A stretch of DNA of 31,130 nt from a virus (Duplodnaviria; Caudoviricetes). Of this stretch, positions 17,728 to 26,592 are shown one piece after another. The notes below the pieces were generated by a model that worked only from the letters and a program-made list of their open reading frames with translations, did no database searches and was not told the DNA's origin. Location of the stretch: positions 1 to 31,130 of the IMG/VR virus record IMGVR_UViG_3300037045_000341; one strand, 5' to 3'. The stretch's first letter is position 1, and each line of letters starts with the position of its first letter. The position numbers and the translations under genes were made by a program.

Positions 17728-18359
17728 TCAAGCCGCTGGCAGATCGCGCTACGGCCCCTGTCATGCCCCTGCGAGTAGATCCAGTACGCGGACCCGTCCT
17801 GGAGCGCGAGTTGCGACATGGTCTGCCTCCTGCTGTCCTTGCGCACCCCGGAAATGCGCGAGTCCGCGAAATCGTCCACCTCTTTGGGTACGATCACCAT
17901 CAGGGTCTTGGACTGCTCAGAGAGGCGGCTATCGATACCTCCCAGGAATCCGTCGATAAACACGTCGTACACCCCGGTGGTGGTCCGCTTCGGATACTGC
18001 CTGCGGTATTCCCGGACCGCGGCCCTGGCATACCGATCCCCCATGCCATATAGATGCGAATGGACGCTGATGACGATCTCCACATCGCTGGCCGCACCGA
18101 AGAACACCGGCCTGGTCCCGCGGATCGCGCTCCTGCAGCGAAATGCGCCCGCGAGTATTCCCGCGAGCCGGTACCGCCAGAAACGCCCCTCCGATAGTGT
18201 TGAACATGCGTTTATTATCCGGGATTCCTCCTCGGTCAAGACTACGCCGTACTTGACCATCAGCCGCTGGGCGGCCAATGCGGCGGCCTCGGCTTCGGCC
18301 GGGTTCGCGTTACCCTCAGCCAGCTTCAGCAGCTTCCTCACTCTTTCAGCGACATTCAT
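17724..18359 (-). CDS. DUF2786-family phage protein
   Basis: ERVRKLLKLAEGNANPAEAEAAALAAQRLMVKYG N-terminus. Confidence 0.8.
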   Translation of the reverse strand: MNVAERVRKLLKLAEGNANPAEAEAAALAAQRLMVKYGVVLTEEESRIINACSTLSEGRFWRYRLAGILAGAFRCRSAIRGTRPVFFGAASDVEIVISVHSHLYGMGDRYARAAVREYRRQYPKRTTTGVYDVFIDGFLGGIDSRLSEQSKTLMVIVPKEVDDFADSRISGVRKDSRRQTMSQLALQDGSAYWIYSQGHDRGRSAICQRLD

Positions 18360-18679
18360 GACAGGCTTCCTCTCGCATCAAGCGACGCACGATCCGTCCT
18401 CGCGCCACCTTTCAGATGCCACGCCATGATCCGCTTCTGGTCCTCGAACCCAAGGCCTTCCCAATGGCCTCCACCATCCTTGGCGAATATCACGCTGCCA
18501 TCCAGGCCGGACGGACCGGCGATCATCACCACCCCGGGTACCGGGTAGTCGTAGGATTTGACGTCGGCCGCTCCACCCAGGAGCTTCTCCACGTTTTCCC
18601 TCACGTTTCGGATCTCCATCAGATCCGGGGTGATCTGCCTTGGATGGCGGATCATGACGGTGATTGTATAGGCACCCAT
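18356..18679 (-). CDS. Hypothetical protein (107 aa)
   Basis: SD AAGGA; ATGA overlap with next gene. Confidence 0.65.
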   Translation of the reverse strand: MGAYTITVMIRHPRQITPDLMEIRNVRENVEKLLGGAADVKSYDYPVPGVVMIAGPSGLDGSVIFAKDGGGHWEGLGFEDQKRIMAWHLKGGARTDRASLDARGSLS

Positions 18680-18727
18680 CGCGCACTTCCTTCGATCGTG
18701 GGAACCGATCGGTGATATAAGGGCCGC

Positions 18728-19546
18728 CTACGCGGCCTGATCGTCCATCGCCGGAGGAGGAGAATTGAACCCCTCCACATGCTGCTTGAACCGTCTCTCC
18801 TGGGCTTCCCAATACACAGGATCGATCTCACAGCCCTCGAATCCGAACCCCATGTCATGGCACGCTATGCGAAGCGATCCCGACCCCACATGCGAGTCGA
18901 AGACTGTCGCGCCCTGCAGCGCATACCTGCCCAGCAGCCACTTGTACAGGGACACCGGCTTCTGCGTAGGGTGTATCCTCGGGTTCTTCCTGCTCCCGTT
19001 GGGCACCGCGCTGAAGATCTTCGCGTTCGAGTTGAAGCTGCACCATGCGTATTCTCCCATAGCCATGGAGAAGTTCTCGCTGATGGTCGGCTTCCTCCAC
19101 ACCACGAAGCACCGCGTCGGGGGGAGCCCGAAATAGTTGCCGCCCCAGATGATCTGGTTCTCCGATATCCGAAACAGCTCCTCGAAATACTCCGGGCCCG
19201 GGGCGAAATCCCAGTGTGAGATGTCGTTGCCCGCCTTCCCGTCCTCCGAACCATATTTTTTCATCCAGATCCCGCCGGAGCGGTGGACCTTGATGACCGG
19301 ACTGTCGACCGTGGCAACGGTGTCACCGTCGGTGATGTGGTAGCGGTCGAACCGTCCTCCGAACCTGCTCCTGGATTTTCCAGCCCAGGAAGCCTTTCCT
19401 CCCCCGCCATATGGGGGATCCACAATAGCCAGTGCGTAATGCTTGTCAGGAATCCCCTTCATGAATTCCATGCAGTCGCACAGATGAACCTCGTTTATCA
19501 CTTGCCTGTCCTTCGGGGCCATGCCCCATTGCTTCCCGCTGCGCAT
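18728..19546 (-). CDS. Orphan DNA methyltransferase, beta-class N4-C/N6-A
   Basis: DCMEFM, IVDPPYG, IIWGGNYF, IHPTQKPVSLY, FDSHVGSGS, GCEID; true start may lie further downstream. Confidence 0.93.
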   Translation of the reverse strand: MRSGKQWGMAPKDRQVINEVHLCDCMEFMKGIPDKHYALAIVDPPYGGGGKASWAGKSRSRFGGRFDRYHITDGDTVATVDSPVIKVHRSGGIWMKKYGSEDGKAGNDISHWDFAPGPEYFEELFRISENQIIWGGNYFGLPPTRCFVVWRKPTISENFSMAMGEYAWCSFNSNAKIFSAVPNGSRKNPRIHPTQKPVSLYKWLLGRYALQGATVFDSHVGSGSLRIACHDMGFGFEGCEIDPVYWEAQERRFKQHVEGFNSPPPAMDDQAA

Positions 19547-19794
19547 CGGACTCCGTCCGACTCAAGCCATAGTACGGATCGGGGGCGCACTCGAATCAGA
19601 GGGCGCCACCGCGATCACCAAAGGAAAAGAACAATAGACTACCACCTCCTTGAAATCCCCCGCCGGGGGCGGCCCACCGGCCGCGGGCTCCACATACCCA
19701 TGGCCTGGTGGCTTTGTGAATCTATCCGGTATCCGGTTGGATCCACCTCCATGACCGCCCCCGCGGGTTGTCTTAAAAAACAATCGATACGATT

Positions 19795-19823
19795 TTCAAA
19801 AACTCCTCCGGCTGTGGTATGCT
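19795..19823 (+). promoter_or_regulatory. Candidate promoter for the plus-strand Zn-finger gene
   Basis: TTCAAA-N17-TATGCT with extended -10 TGn. Confidence 0.45.
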
Positions 19824-19870
19824 TGGTATTGCGAACAACAAGGCCGACAGGCCGAAGGAGTGATCTACCT

Positions 19871-20050
19871 ATGAATGGATTGAAATGTCCAAATCAGAAC
19901 TGCCCGTCAAACAAACAACCCCCCTATGAACCGTTCTCTCTTGGCTACAATGTCATCGGGGGACCGGCTGAACCGAACACGGCATTCGTTGTCTGGTTCT
20001 GCAAGTGCTGCGGCACGGTCATCTCGATAACGGCAGCCAAGCAGAGTTAA
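19871..20050 (+). CDS. Small Cys-rich (Zn-binding) protein, 59 aa
   Basis: SD AAGGAG; MNGLKCPNQNC...WFCKCCG; C-terminal part of ORF-track 19283..20050. Confidence 0.65.
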   Translation: MNGLKCPNQNCPSNKQPPYEPFSLGYNVIGGPAEPNTAFVVWFCKCCGTVISITAAKQS

Positions 20051-20475
20051 CCTTCCGCGCTCCTTACATACACAAACCTCTCATTCCCCACAGCATCCCT
20101 GATGGTTTCCCGATGGAAGGCAGGATCGTTGGCGTGTGATCTCTCCAGTACGAATCCCAGGTCCCCCTTGTCACGGGTGACCACATCCACCTTGAATCCA
20201 TCCAGCTTCAGAGAAAAGGAAAGCTCCGGACTCTCCCTTTGAGCTGGGTCCTTGTATTCGATGACGCACAGGTTGGATCGGATACCCTGCCTTCCACAGA
20301 TGGCGCCCCTATTGATCTGGTTGAATAGGTTGACGAAATAATCGGCAACCTCCTGGGGAGGAGTGAATCCAACACCTGCGAGATTGATTGCGGGGACATC
20401 GAGCGTCAGGAGCTTCGTGTCGGCGCAACCTGCGAACTCATCAATCACGACTTTCATGAAATCCTCCATCGTCAT
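20047..20475 (-). CDS. Hypothetical protein (142 aa)
   Basis: Protein-like composition, in early-operon orientation; stop overlaps convergent gene (TTAA). Confidence 0.7.
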   Translation of the reverse strand: MTMEDFMKVVIDEFAGCADTKLLTLDVPAINLAGVGFTPPQEVADYFVNLFNQINRGAICGRQGIRSNLCVIEYKDPAQRESPELSFSLKLDGFKVDVVTRDKGDLGFVLERSHANDPAFHRETIRDAVGNERFVYVRSAEG

Positions 20476-20489
20476 CCCACAGGGGAATA

Positions 20490-20717
20490 TCAGCCCTCGA
20501 CCTCAATCAATTCGCTGTACCGCTGCCGGGGTGTCTCGATGGGGGGAACCTTGCGGGCCTCCATCCATTTGTCGATCTCAAGCCGGTCGAACAGAACGCA
20601 GGCGCCCTGCTTGATGTGCGGTATCTGCCTGAGATGGACATACCGCCTTACGGTGTTCGCTGACAACGTCGTGTACGCGGCGCAATCCCTGGTCCGCATG
20701 TATCTACGTACTTCCAT
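20490..20717 (-). CDS. Excisionase-like HTH_17 DNA-binding protein
   Basis: SD AGGAGG; YMRTRDCAAYTTLSANTVRRYVHLRQIPHIKQGACVLFDRLEIDKWM. Confidence 0.85.
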   Translation of the reverse strand: MEVRRYMRTRDCAAYTTLSANTVRRYVHLRQIPHIKQGACVLFDRLEIDKWMEARKVPPIETPRQRYSELIEVEG

Positions 20718-20880
20718 GGTTGATCCTCCTGGCTTCGAGCCATTTCTCAAATTCCTTATCGTCAATGCGCCATACGGTTCCGACCCGGTAGGCCGGTAGT
20801 CCCTGGAAGTGGATCCAGTGGATAACCGTCCTTCGGTTCACCCTCAAGCGCTTTGAGGCGTCAGTGATTGATATGAGCAT
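20704..20880 (-). CDS. Second excisionase-like HTH_17 protein (58 aa, not in ORF track)
   Basis: MLISITDASKRLRVNRRTVIHWIHFQGLPAYRVGTVWRIDDKEFEKWLEARRINHGST; SD GGGGA. Confidence 0.85.
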   Translation of the reverse strand: MLISITDASKRLRVNRRTVIHWIHFQGLPAYRVGTVWRIDDKEFEKWLEARRINHGST

Positions 20881-21067
20881 CTAGAAATTCCCCTGAACTG
20901 GTTTTATCAAGATTTGGCATCGCTGAATTCAAAAAGAAATCCAATGCCTGCTCATAGATATCCTGTAAGGGTTTCCCAGAGAGGGCGCGATATAAATCAG
21001 CTTTTCGCTTTGTTTCCAAGCTGATCCAAGCTCCAATCTTAAATTTATCACCATTTGATTTGCTCAT
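20861..21067 (-). CDS. Ribbon-helix-helix-like regulator at the cro position
   Basis: KFKIGAWIS strand followed by two helices (LETKRKADLYRAL, LQDIYEQALDFFL); first gene divergent from cI. Confidence 0.65.
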   Translation of the reverse strand: MSKSNGDKFKIGAWISLETKRKADLYRALSGKPLQDIYEQALDFFLNSAMPNLDKTSSGEFLDAHINH

Positions 21068-21073
21068 GTAGAC

Positions 21074-21102
21074 ACAATAACACTATATAGTGATATTTAC
21101 AA
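21074..21102 (-). promoter_or_regulatory. Early lytic promoter (PR-like) with operator in the spacer
   Basis: Minus strand TTGTAA-N17-TATTGT with TGn extension, 6 nt before ATG 21067. Confidence 0.65.
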
Positions 21103-21144
21103 TAGAAGATTATAAGTTTATTCTTTTATATCACTGTTTAGTGA
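21081..21144. promoter_or_regulatory. Two repressor operators, CACT-N4-AGTG
   Basis: CACTATATAGTG (21081-21092) and TCACTGTTTAGTGA (21131-21144); both share an ATATCACT half-site. Confidence 0.7.
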
Positions 21145-21169
21145 ATACCATATATATAGGGAGTATTGT

Positions 21170-21892
21170 ATGATTATTATGATAGAATTTTGGGATCGTT
21201 TTGAATCACAAATAAAAACATTATCTCTAACCAAAAAAGAGGTTGCTGCACTAGCTGGTATAAATTATGGAACCTTTGTCAACTATGCCACAAATAACAG
21301 AATCCCAAAGACAGAAGAAGCCATAAAGATCGCTCGCGCAATAGGGACTAGTGTTGAATATCTAGTATTTGGTGAAGAATCAGATATTGACCAAGAAGAA
21401 TTAAATTTTAAGAAGGTCGATACTACACCATCTCCTATCCATACCATGAATGGGTGCGTCACCCCCAATAAAGAGGAACCAACCATTTTGATACCACTCG
21501 CCCCGCAGAAGATAGCAGCCGGGCAGGGGGAGGAGTTCCTTCCACCGTCTGAATACCTGGGATATGTCCGGATCCTGGAACGCATGGCCAGGGGTATCGA
21601 CCCTCTTTCCTTGATGGCCGTCACAGTCAAGGGCGATTCCATGACCGGGGTGCAGATATTCGAGGGGGATGTGGTGATATTCGCCCGGGACCATATCAGC
21701 GAGAACGGGATATACATCATCTCTCTTTACGGGGATCTGAAGGTGAAGAGGCTAGAGTTCCGATCGGGGGAGCAGCAGATATTCATCCATAGCGAGAACT
21801 CGAGGTATACAATGGAGGTCGTCTCCATGGATAGTGAGAATCTACAGATCCTGGGGAAGGTCGTGGGGTGGATACATTGTCATCCTTATTAA
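21170..21892 (+). CDS. cI: CI-like repressor (HTH_XRE + S24 autopeptidase)
   Basis: TKKEVAALAGINYGTFVNY HTH; AAG cleavage region; VKGDSM (Ser), VKRL (Lys), ILGKVV. Confidence 0.95.
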   Translation: MIIMIEFWDRFESQIKTLSLTKKEVAALAGINYGTFVNYATNNRIPKTEEAIKIARAIGTSVEYLVFGEESDIDQEELNFKKVDTTPSPIHTMNGCVTPNKEEPTILIPLAPQKIAAGQGEEFLPPSEYLGYVRILERMARGIDPLSLMAVTVKGDSMTGVQIFEGDVVIFARDHISENGIYIISLYGDLKVKRLEFRSGEQQIFIHSENSRYTMEVVSMDSENLQILGKVVGWIHCHPY

Positions 21893-21905
21893 ATAATAGC
21901 TTTTA

Positions 21906-24173
21906 CTATTGTGGGTATTGGTTATTATAAGCAACGATGACTTTCTCTGGCAAATTAACTAACAACAGCTTTCTTAGATCACCAGGTTCAATTTTCTGAA
22001 GGCCTCCGGCATAAACTCTTGTTTGATTAGATATATTTTTTTTTGCCGAATCATTTAAAATATCTATAATTTTATTATATAATGTCTGATCAGAAGTAAG
22101 CAAATCAGCTAGCCACTTTTTAGGATATAAAAGTAAGTAAGTATTTAAAGCTATTGCTCTTGATTTATTTTGTATAAAATATAAAGGAGGTAAATTACTT
22201 TTATTCCTACCCATATACGTTAGTAAAAATGGAGGGACTTCCCTCGTTTCTTGTTTATACCAAGGTCGTCTGGATTTTATCAGAGTTCTATCAATTATTG
22301 GCTTCTCATTATTGGTGCTTATTTTCGCTTCTTGCAGATAATCGTAGAATTGTGGATAATTTTTCAATATTTCTGCTTCATCTAATTCACAATCAATTAC
22401 AACAAGCTGCGGGTTAACCTTTGGATATCCATCATCATCAGATTCAACAATTAAAGATTTCAAATACCTTGCTTTAGGTAATATTGGTTTTAATGCTATC
22501 TCTGGAATCGCTCTCATTTTTGCTTCCGAACGTTGCATAACAAAAAATGAATTGGCTCCTGTTGCTATTCCTCTCGATATATTAAAAAGGTCATCAAATT
22601 TTATGATTTTCTTATTTGGAGACAATAGGTATGGCTTATCGATATTAAACAACTTTCGCCAATTATTAAAATCATTTTTAAATTCTTCAAGCATTACCTC
22701 CTTAGTAAAATTTGGCTTAATGATTGAGTCCCCATAAGTAATTTTTATTTTTTCAGACTCTCTTGGAATCCTCTTTCTAAATGTTATTATTGTTGTTGAA
22801 ATGTTTATAGTAACAAATTGTGGCTTACTATCATCATAGACATGTATGCTAATCAATTGTACCTTATTCGTTAAATACTGCCGAATAGCTTCACCATACC
22901 TAGTCTGAAGAAAGAAACTGGGTAATAACCATACTCCAATCCCATCTTGACTTAACCATTTATCCATGATCAATAGATGATAAACAAATAGACCAGCATC
23001 GCCTTTGACGTTTATATCCATCTGTCTTTCCACGAGTCTTTGGATCTGTTTCTTATATTCTTGAGGAATATGATCATGGCGATTGTAAGGAGGGTTAACT
23101 AGCATCAGGTTTCGCTGTGAGCCTAAAACAGTCTTTGGTGAAAGAGCGTCTCCATAGATTACTGACAATCCAAGATGCTTGCATCGGCTATAAGCTTCTT
23201 TAGCCATATTGACATCAATATCAATGCCTACAGCAGAACTAATTTTATAATTTTTATTCTCTCTTTTATTGACTTCTTCGATCTCATCTTTCAAGCTCAA
23301 GAATAGAGCTCCAGTCCCGACGGCAGAATCACCAAAATCAATCTTCCTAGTATCATCCCCAAAAGCTTCAATTGCACAAATTGCCATATCTTTGGCATAC
23401 TCTGGTGGTGTCACATAGATAGCGTCTTCAACCGGTTTTTCCACCATATGTTCTGGTATTAGATTAGAAAATAAGTTTGGCTGTTCATCACTTTTCTCAA
23501 ATTCATTATTACTCTGATCATAAAATTTTGCTTTAAAACCACTTCCATTATCTGTATATTCAGATTTAATATCAATTATTTCTTCATGTTCTCTCAAATA
23601 TTCTTTGACTTTAAGCAATATTCTCTTTATTAATAATAATTTATCCGTATTGGTATTCAATGATTCCAGGGGAAGAAGATCCTCATTTATGAAAACACTA
23701 GAAAACAGAGTCGAATAATCTGAAGTTGTACTTTCTATTTTCACGCCAATTTTGTTTTTTGTTAGTCGTAATGGTGGGATAAAAGGTATTCTAAAATACC
23801 AATTAATTGTTTCTAGGCATGCGGATAATTCCTTTGCATATTCAATATCAGCACCCTCATAAAGTGTGATATGCAATCTACTATATGGATAGTCTGGTTT
23901 ATACTCGATTGCTCCCATTTCTTCGGACTCACATCTAATAAAAACAACATAAGGAGGCTTATCATTTTTGAGATTAAAGCTTTCTGGTTCTATCAAATCC
24001 AGATATGTTATCTTTTTTTCTTCAATGTAAGCTAGTTTCTCGTTGAATCCATCAAAAGTTCTAATTGTTATATGAGCAACAGACTTACTATTTGGTTTAC
24101 TAATAAGCTTAATCAATGAAAGACAATTCTCAATGTATCCGTTGTTATTTAAAAATAGGGCATAATAATTCAT
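21906..24173 (-). CDS. 2H-phosphoesterase domain fused to gamma-class N6-adenine DNA methyltransferase
   Basis: HIT at residues 34 and 101; YVTPP, DSAVGTGAL, GIDID, VNPPY, RGIATGANSFF, RVYAGGLQKIEP. Confidence 0.85.
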   Translation of the reverse strand: MNYYALFLNNNGYIENCLSLIKLISKPNSKSVAHITIRTFDGFNEKLAYIEEKKITYLDLIEPESFNLKNDKPPYVVFIRCESEEMGAIEYKPDYPYSRLHITLYEGADIEYAKELSACLETINWYFRIPFIPPLRLTKNKIGVKIESTTSDYSTLFSSVFINEDLLPLESLNTNTDKLLLIKRILLKVKEYLREHEEIIDIKSEYTDNGSGFKAKFYDQSNNEFEKSDEQPNLFSNLIPEHMVEKPVEDAIYVTPPEYAKDMAICAIEAFGDDTRKIDFGDSAVGTGALFLSLKDEIEEVNKRENKNYKISSAVGIDIDVNMAKEAYSRCKHLGLSVIYGDALSPKTVLGSQRNLMLVNPPYNRHDHIPQEYKKQIQRLVERQMDINVKGDAGLFVYHLLIMDKWLSQDGIGVWLLPSFFLQTRYGEAIRQYLTNKVQLISIHVYDDSKPQFVTINISTTIITFRKRIPRESEKIKITYGDSIIKPNFTKEVMLEEFKNDFNNWRKLFNIDKPYLLSPNKKIIKFDDLFNISRGIATGANSFFVMQRSEAKMRAIPEIALKPILPKARYLKSLIVESDDDGYPKVNPQLVVIDCELDEAEILKNYPQFYDYLQEAKISTNNEKPIIDRTLIKSRRPWYKQETREVPPFLLTYMGRNKSNLPPLYFIQNKSRAIALNTYLLLYPKKWLADLLTSDQTLYNKIIDILNDSAKKNISNQTRVYAGGLQKIEPGDLRKLLLVNLPEKVIVAYNNQYPQ

Positions 24174-24193
24174 AAGTATCCTATATTATCACT

Positions 24194-25159
24194 TTAGTAG
24201 ACATCAGATCTATCACGCAAGTTTGTATTATTTTTTGCCACTAACCCCATTAAATCATGAATAACAATTTGATGGAATTTCTGAGCTTGCATCCATGCCA
24301 TCTGTTTATTACTACCTTGATTCCACCAAGTAGGATCTTCTTGCCTTAAACGTAAAAACCATTCATATTCCACCTTTATTTTATCGATAGTTGATTTTAA
24401 CTCATCAGTATGTTCGCTAAAGATTGTTGGAATCTTTTCCAACCGCTCAAAAGGCGTCATGTTTATACAATCCATAACATAAGCTGGTGTAACTTTATTC
24501 TTATACATACAGGCAAGCATCGAGAAACAAGTAATTAATCTAGCATACTTTAATTTTAATCGTTTCCAATATTTCTTATTCTCTTCGTCAGCTTCATCAC
24601 GACGATATTCATAATTTAAGGTTAAAGTATACCAGTATCGTAGAATATCATTCATTAGGTAAAGTGGAAAGAATTCCTCACTGTGTTCATCATAGTCAAT
24701 AAAATATTTATTTACTACTTCTTTAACCAATTGATTATAGGCCAAAATGTTAAATATTGGCTTGCTCTCAAGCATTAATAGCATTCTTGCTGTAAAGCTA
24801 TTATTATAATCCTCCTCTCTGCTTCCGATATCTAAAAGATTATGTTTTGAAATAAAGTCCCAATAATGTCCATTTTTGCTTGGCTCTTTGTACTTCAGAA
24901 CTTTAGAAATTTCATAAACCTTAGAAAAAAAACAATATTTATCAAGTTTGAATTCACTTATTTTTCTAAATTCATCGGAACTCATCATTATAAAGAATAA
25001 ATCTAAGTCCGAATCATGCGACATTTCAAACCGCCCTAAAGAGCCACACACAAAAATACAAATATTATACCTAGTACATAGGGATTTCCCCAATTCCATT
25101 TTAAGAATTTCAATTTTATTTATTGATTCTTGTTTTAATTCATCCATTAAAAGACTCAT
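24194..25159 (-). CDS. Pol-beta superfamily nucleotidyltransferase with helical C-terminal domain
   Basis: IFVCGSLGRFEMSHDSDLDLFF (GS...DxD); SD GGGAG. Confidence 0.88.
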   Translation of the reverse strand: MSLLMDELKQESINKIEILKMELGKSLCTRYNICIFVCGSLGRFEMSHDSDLDLFFIMMSSDEFRKISEFKLDKYCFFSKVYEISKVLKYKEPSKNGHYWDFISKHNLLDIGSREEDYNNSFTARMLLMLESKPIFNILAYNQLVKEVVNKYFIDYDEHSEEFFPLYLMNDILRYWYTLTLNYEYRRDEADEENKKYWKRLKLKYARLITCFSMLACMYKNKVTPAYVMDCINMTPFERLEKIPTIFSEHTDELKSTIDKIKVEYEWFLRLRQEDPTWWNQGSNKQMAWMQAQKFHQIVIHDLMGLVAKNNTNLRDRSDVY

Positions 25160-25178
25160 AATTATCTCCCAAAAGACT

Positions 25179-25685
25179 CTAATTTTTTTTTATCGTTTTC
25201 TTCCAATATTCAATATTTTTCCGTTGGACCCTTTCCAATTCAGCACTGTATTGAAAAATTTTCTCTTTATCTAAACGACCTGCTAATGCATCAAGAATAA
25301 AATTATCCCTTATAATATTTAACTCTATATGAATAACGACATTTCGCATCCAATATTCTTCATAATTAAAATAAGAAGAAACCGCGGTAGTAAAAGTTAT
25401 TAACGAGCTTATAATAAGGCCAAGAATGATCTGGTAATTTATATCTATTGTATCCTTCAGGCCAAGAATGATAGTACTTGCCATCGCTAGAGACAATATA
25501 AGGATTTTAAGAAATCTTACAATTCTTCCAAATTTCTTATCTTGAGAACAAAAATAATTATGATATTTTATAATTAAATCAAATACACCTTTCGCCTCAC
25601 TATCTAAATCCTTATACCAAATCTGCATAGTATATTTATCTACATTACTTAATATATTCTTTAGTCGCATTAGTATAAACCTCAA
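25179..25685 (-). CDS. SLATT (DUF4231-like) two-transmembrane protein
   Basis: Two hydrophobic helices followed by SYFNYEEYWMRN and a helical tail; start may be ATG 25670 or 25628. Confidence 0.78.
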   Translation of the reverse strand: MRFILMRLKNILSNVDKYTMQIWYKDLDSEAKGVFDLIIKYHNYFCSQDKKFGRIVRFLKILILSLAMASTIILGLKDTIDINYQIILGLIISSLITFTTAVSSYFNYEEYWMRNVVIHIELNIIRDNFILDALAGRLDKEKIFQYSAELERVQRKNIEYWKKTIKKN

Positions 25686-25865
25686 TAATCAACAATAATT
25701 TTATAGTCTCTCCAGTATCACAGGCTTTATCATTTCAAGTCAATAAAAATTTTCAGAATTATATTGTAGAATCAATTTTCAGATAATTGCAAAATTTGTC
25801 AGCTAATAATCGCCCTTTTCAACGGGCTGAAATTTCGTATTCAAGTCTATTCTAAATTCTCCTCA

Positions 25866-25894
25866 TTGTATTAACCTTGAAGATCTCTTATTAT
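25866..25894 (+). promoter_or_regulatory. Candidate promoter of the endonuclease-MT-A70 operon
   Basis: TTGTAT-N17-TATTAT upstream of ATG 25927 (AT-rich context, chance match possible). Confidence 0.4.
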
Positions 25895-25926
25895 TGTTTT
25901 CAACGCTATAAACCGGGGATTCAAAC

Positions 25927-26592
25927 ATGGAACACTGGATGGAATTAATACCTGAGCATGTTCGGGAGAAATATGAGCTTCATAATTACAACAGCGCCGT
26001 GGAGATTCTTTACCAGGCATATCCAGAACATTTCCATAACATTATGGATGCCCTCTCTCATTTCTCGATCTCCATTCAGGATATACTCCAATCAGGAGGA
26101 AACGAGTCTGAAGTCCCCAAAAAGCTTGCTAGTGTCATGAACCCTCAAGGTTGGACAGAAACCAAGATTTCCGGAGATTTGCTTGTGACCCTCCAAAAAA
26201 GAAAGCACCAGAATGATGGCTTCGATTTGAATGAGATTCGCATTGAGGATTTCATCGACGGCCACAATATCGATTTTGTCAAAGACAAAGTGGCTGTTGA
26301 TATTGAATGGAATAGCAAGGATCAGACGTTTGACAGAGATCTTTTTGCGTTCAGAACCTTCTATGAATGTGGTATCATTGCCTGTGGGGTGATAATAACC
26401 AGGAGCGCTGAATTGAATCCAGTATTTGCTAGTTTGGGAAGTTCGATCAGAAAGAAATACGGAGCAAGCACCACTTGGATGGGAAAACTGACTTCAAGGC
26501 TGCAATCAAGGAGACATGGTGGTTGCCCTTTGCTCGTAGTAGGAATCACACCAAGAACGATTATCGACCACCAGGGAGTTCAAACCAATTGA
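25927..26592 (+). CDS. BglII/BstYI-family type II restriction endonuclease
   Basis: SGGNES, HNIDFVKDKVAVDIEWNSKDQTFDRDL, KYGASTTWMGKL, GGCPLLVVGI. Confidence 0.88.
   Translation: MEHWMELIPEHVREKYELHNYNSAVEILYQAYPEHFHNIMDALSHFSISIQDILQSGGNESEVPKKLASVMNPQGWTETKISGDLLVTLQKRKHQNDGFDLNEIRIEDFIDGHNIDFVKDKVAVDIEWNSKDQTFDRDLFAFRTFYECGIIACGVIITRSAELNPVFASLGSSIRKKYGASTTWMGKLTSRLQSRRHGGCPLLVVGITPRTIIDHQGVQTN

Noticed and set aside
20842-20858. Hairpin CCTCAA-GCGCT-TTGAGG as terminator after the RHH gene
   Set aside because: Lies inside the 58-aa HTH_17 gene and has no U-tract
24194-25685. Canonical CBASS call
   Set aside because: No Cap2/Cap3 or recognisable CD-NTase features beyond the generic GS/DxD motif; kept as an unassigned system
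25881-25886. AGATCT (BglII site) in the candidate R-M promoter spacer as methylation autoregulation
   Set aside because: Enzyme specificity unknown, and AGATCT occurs at several other places (e.g. 16929, 17645, 27234, 29681)
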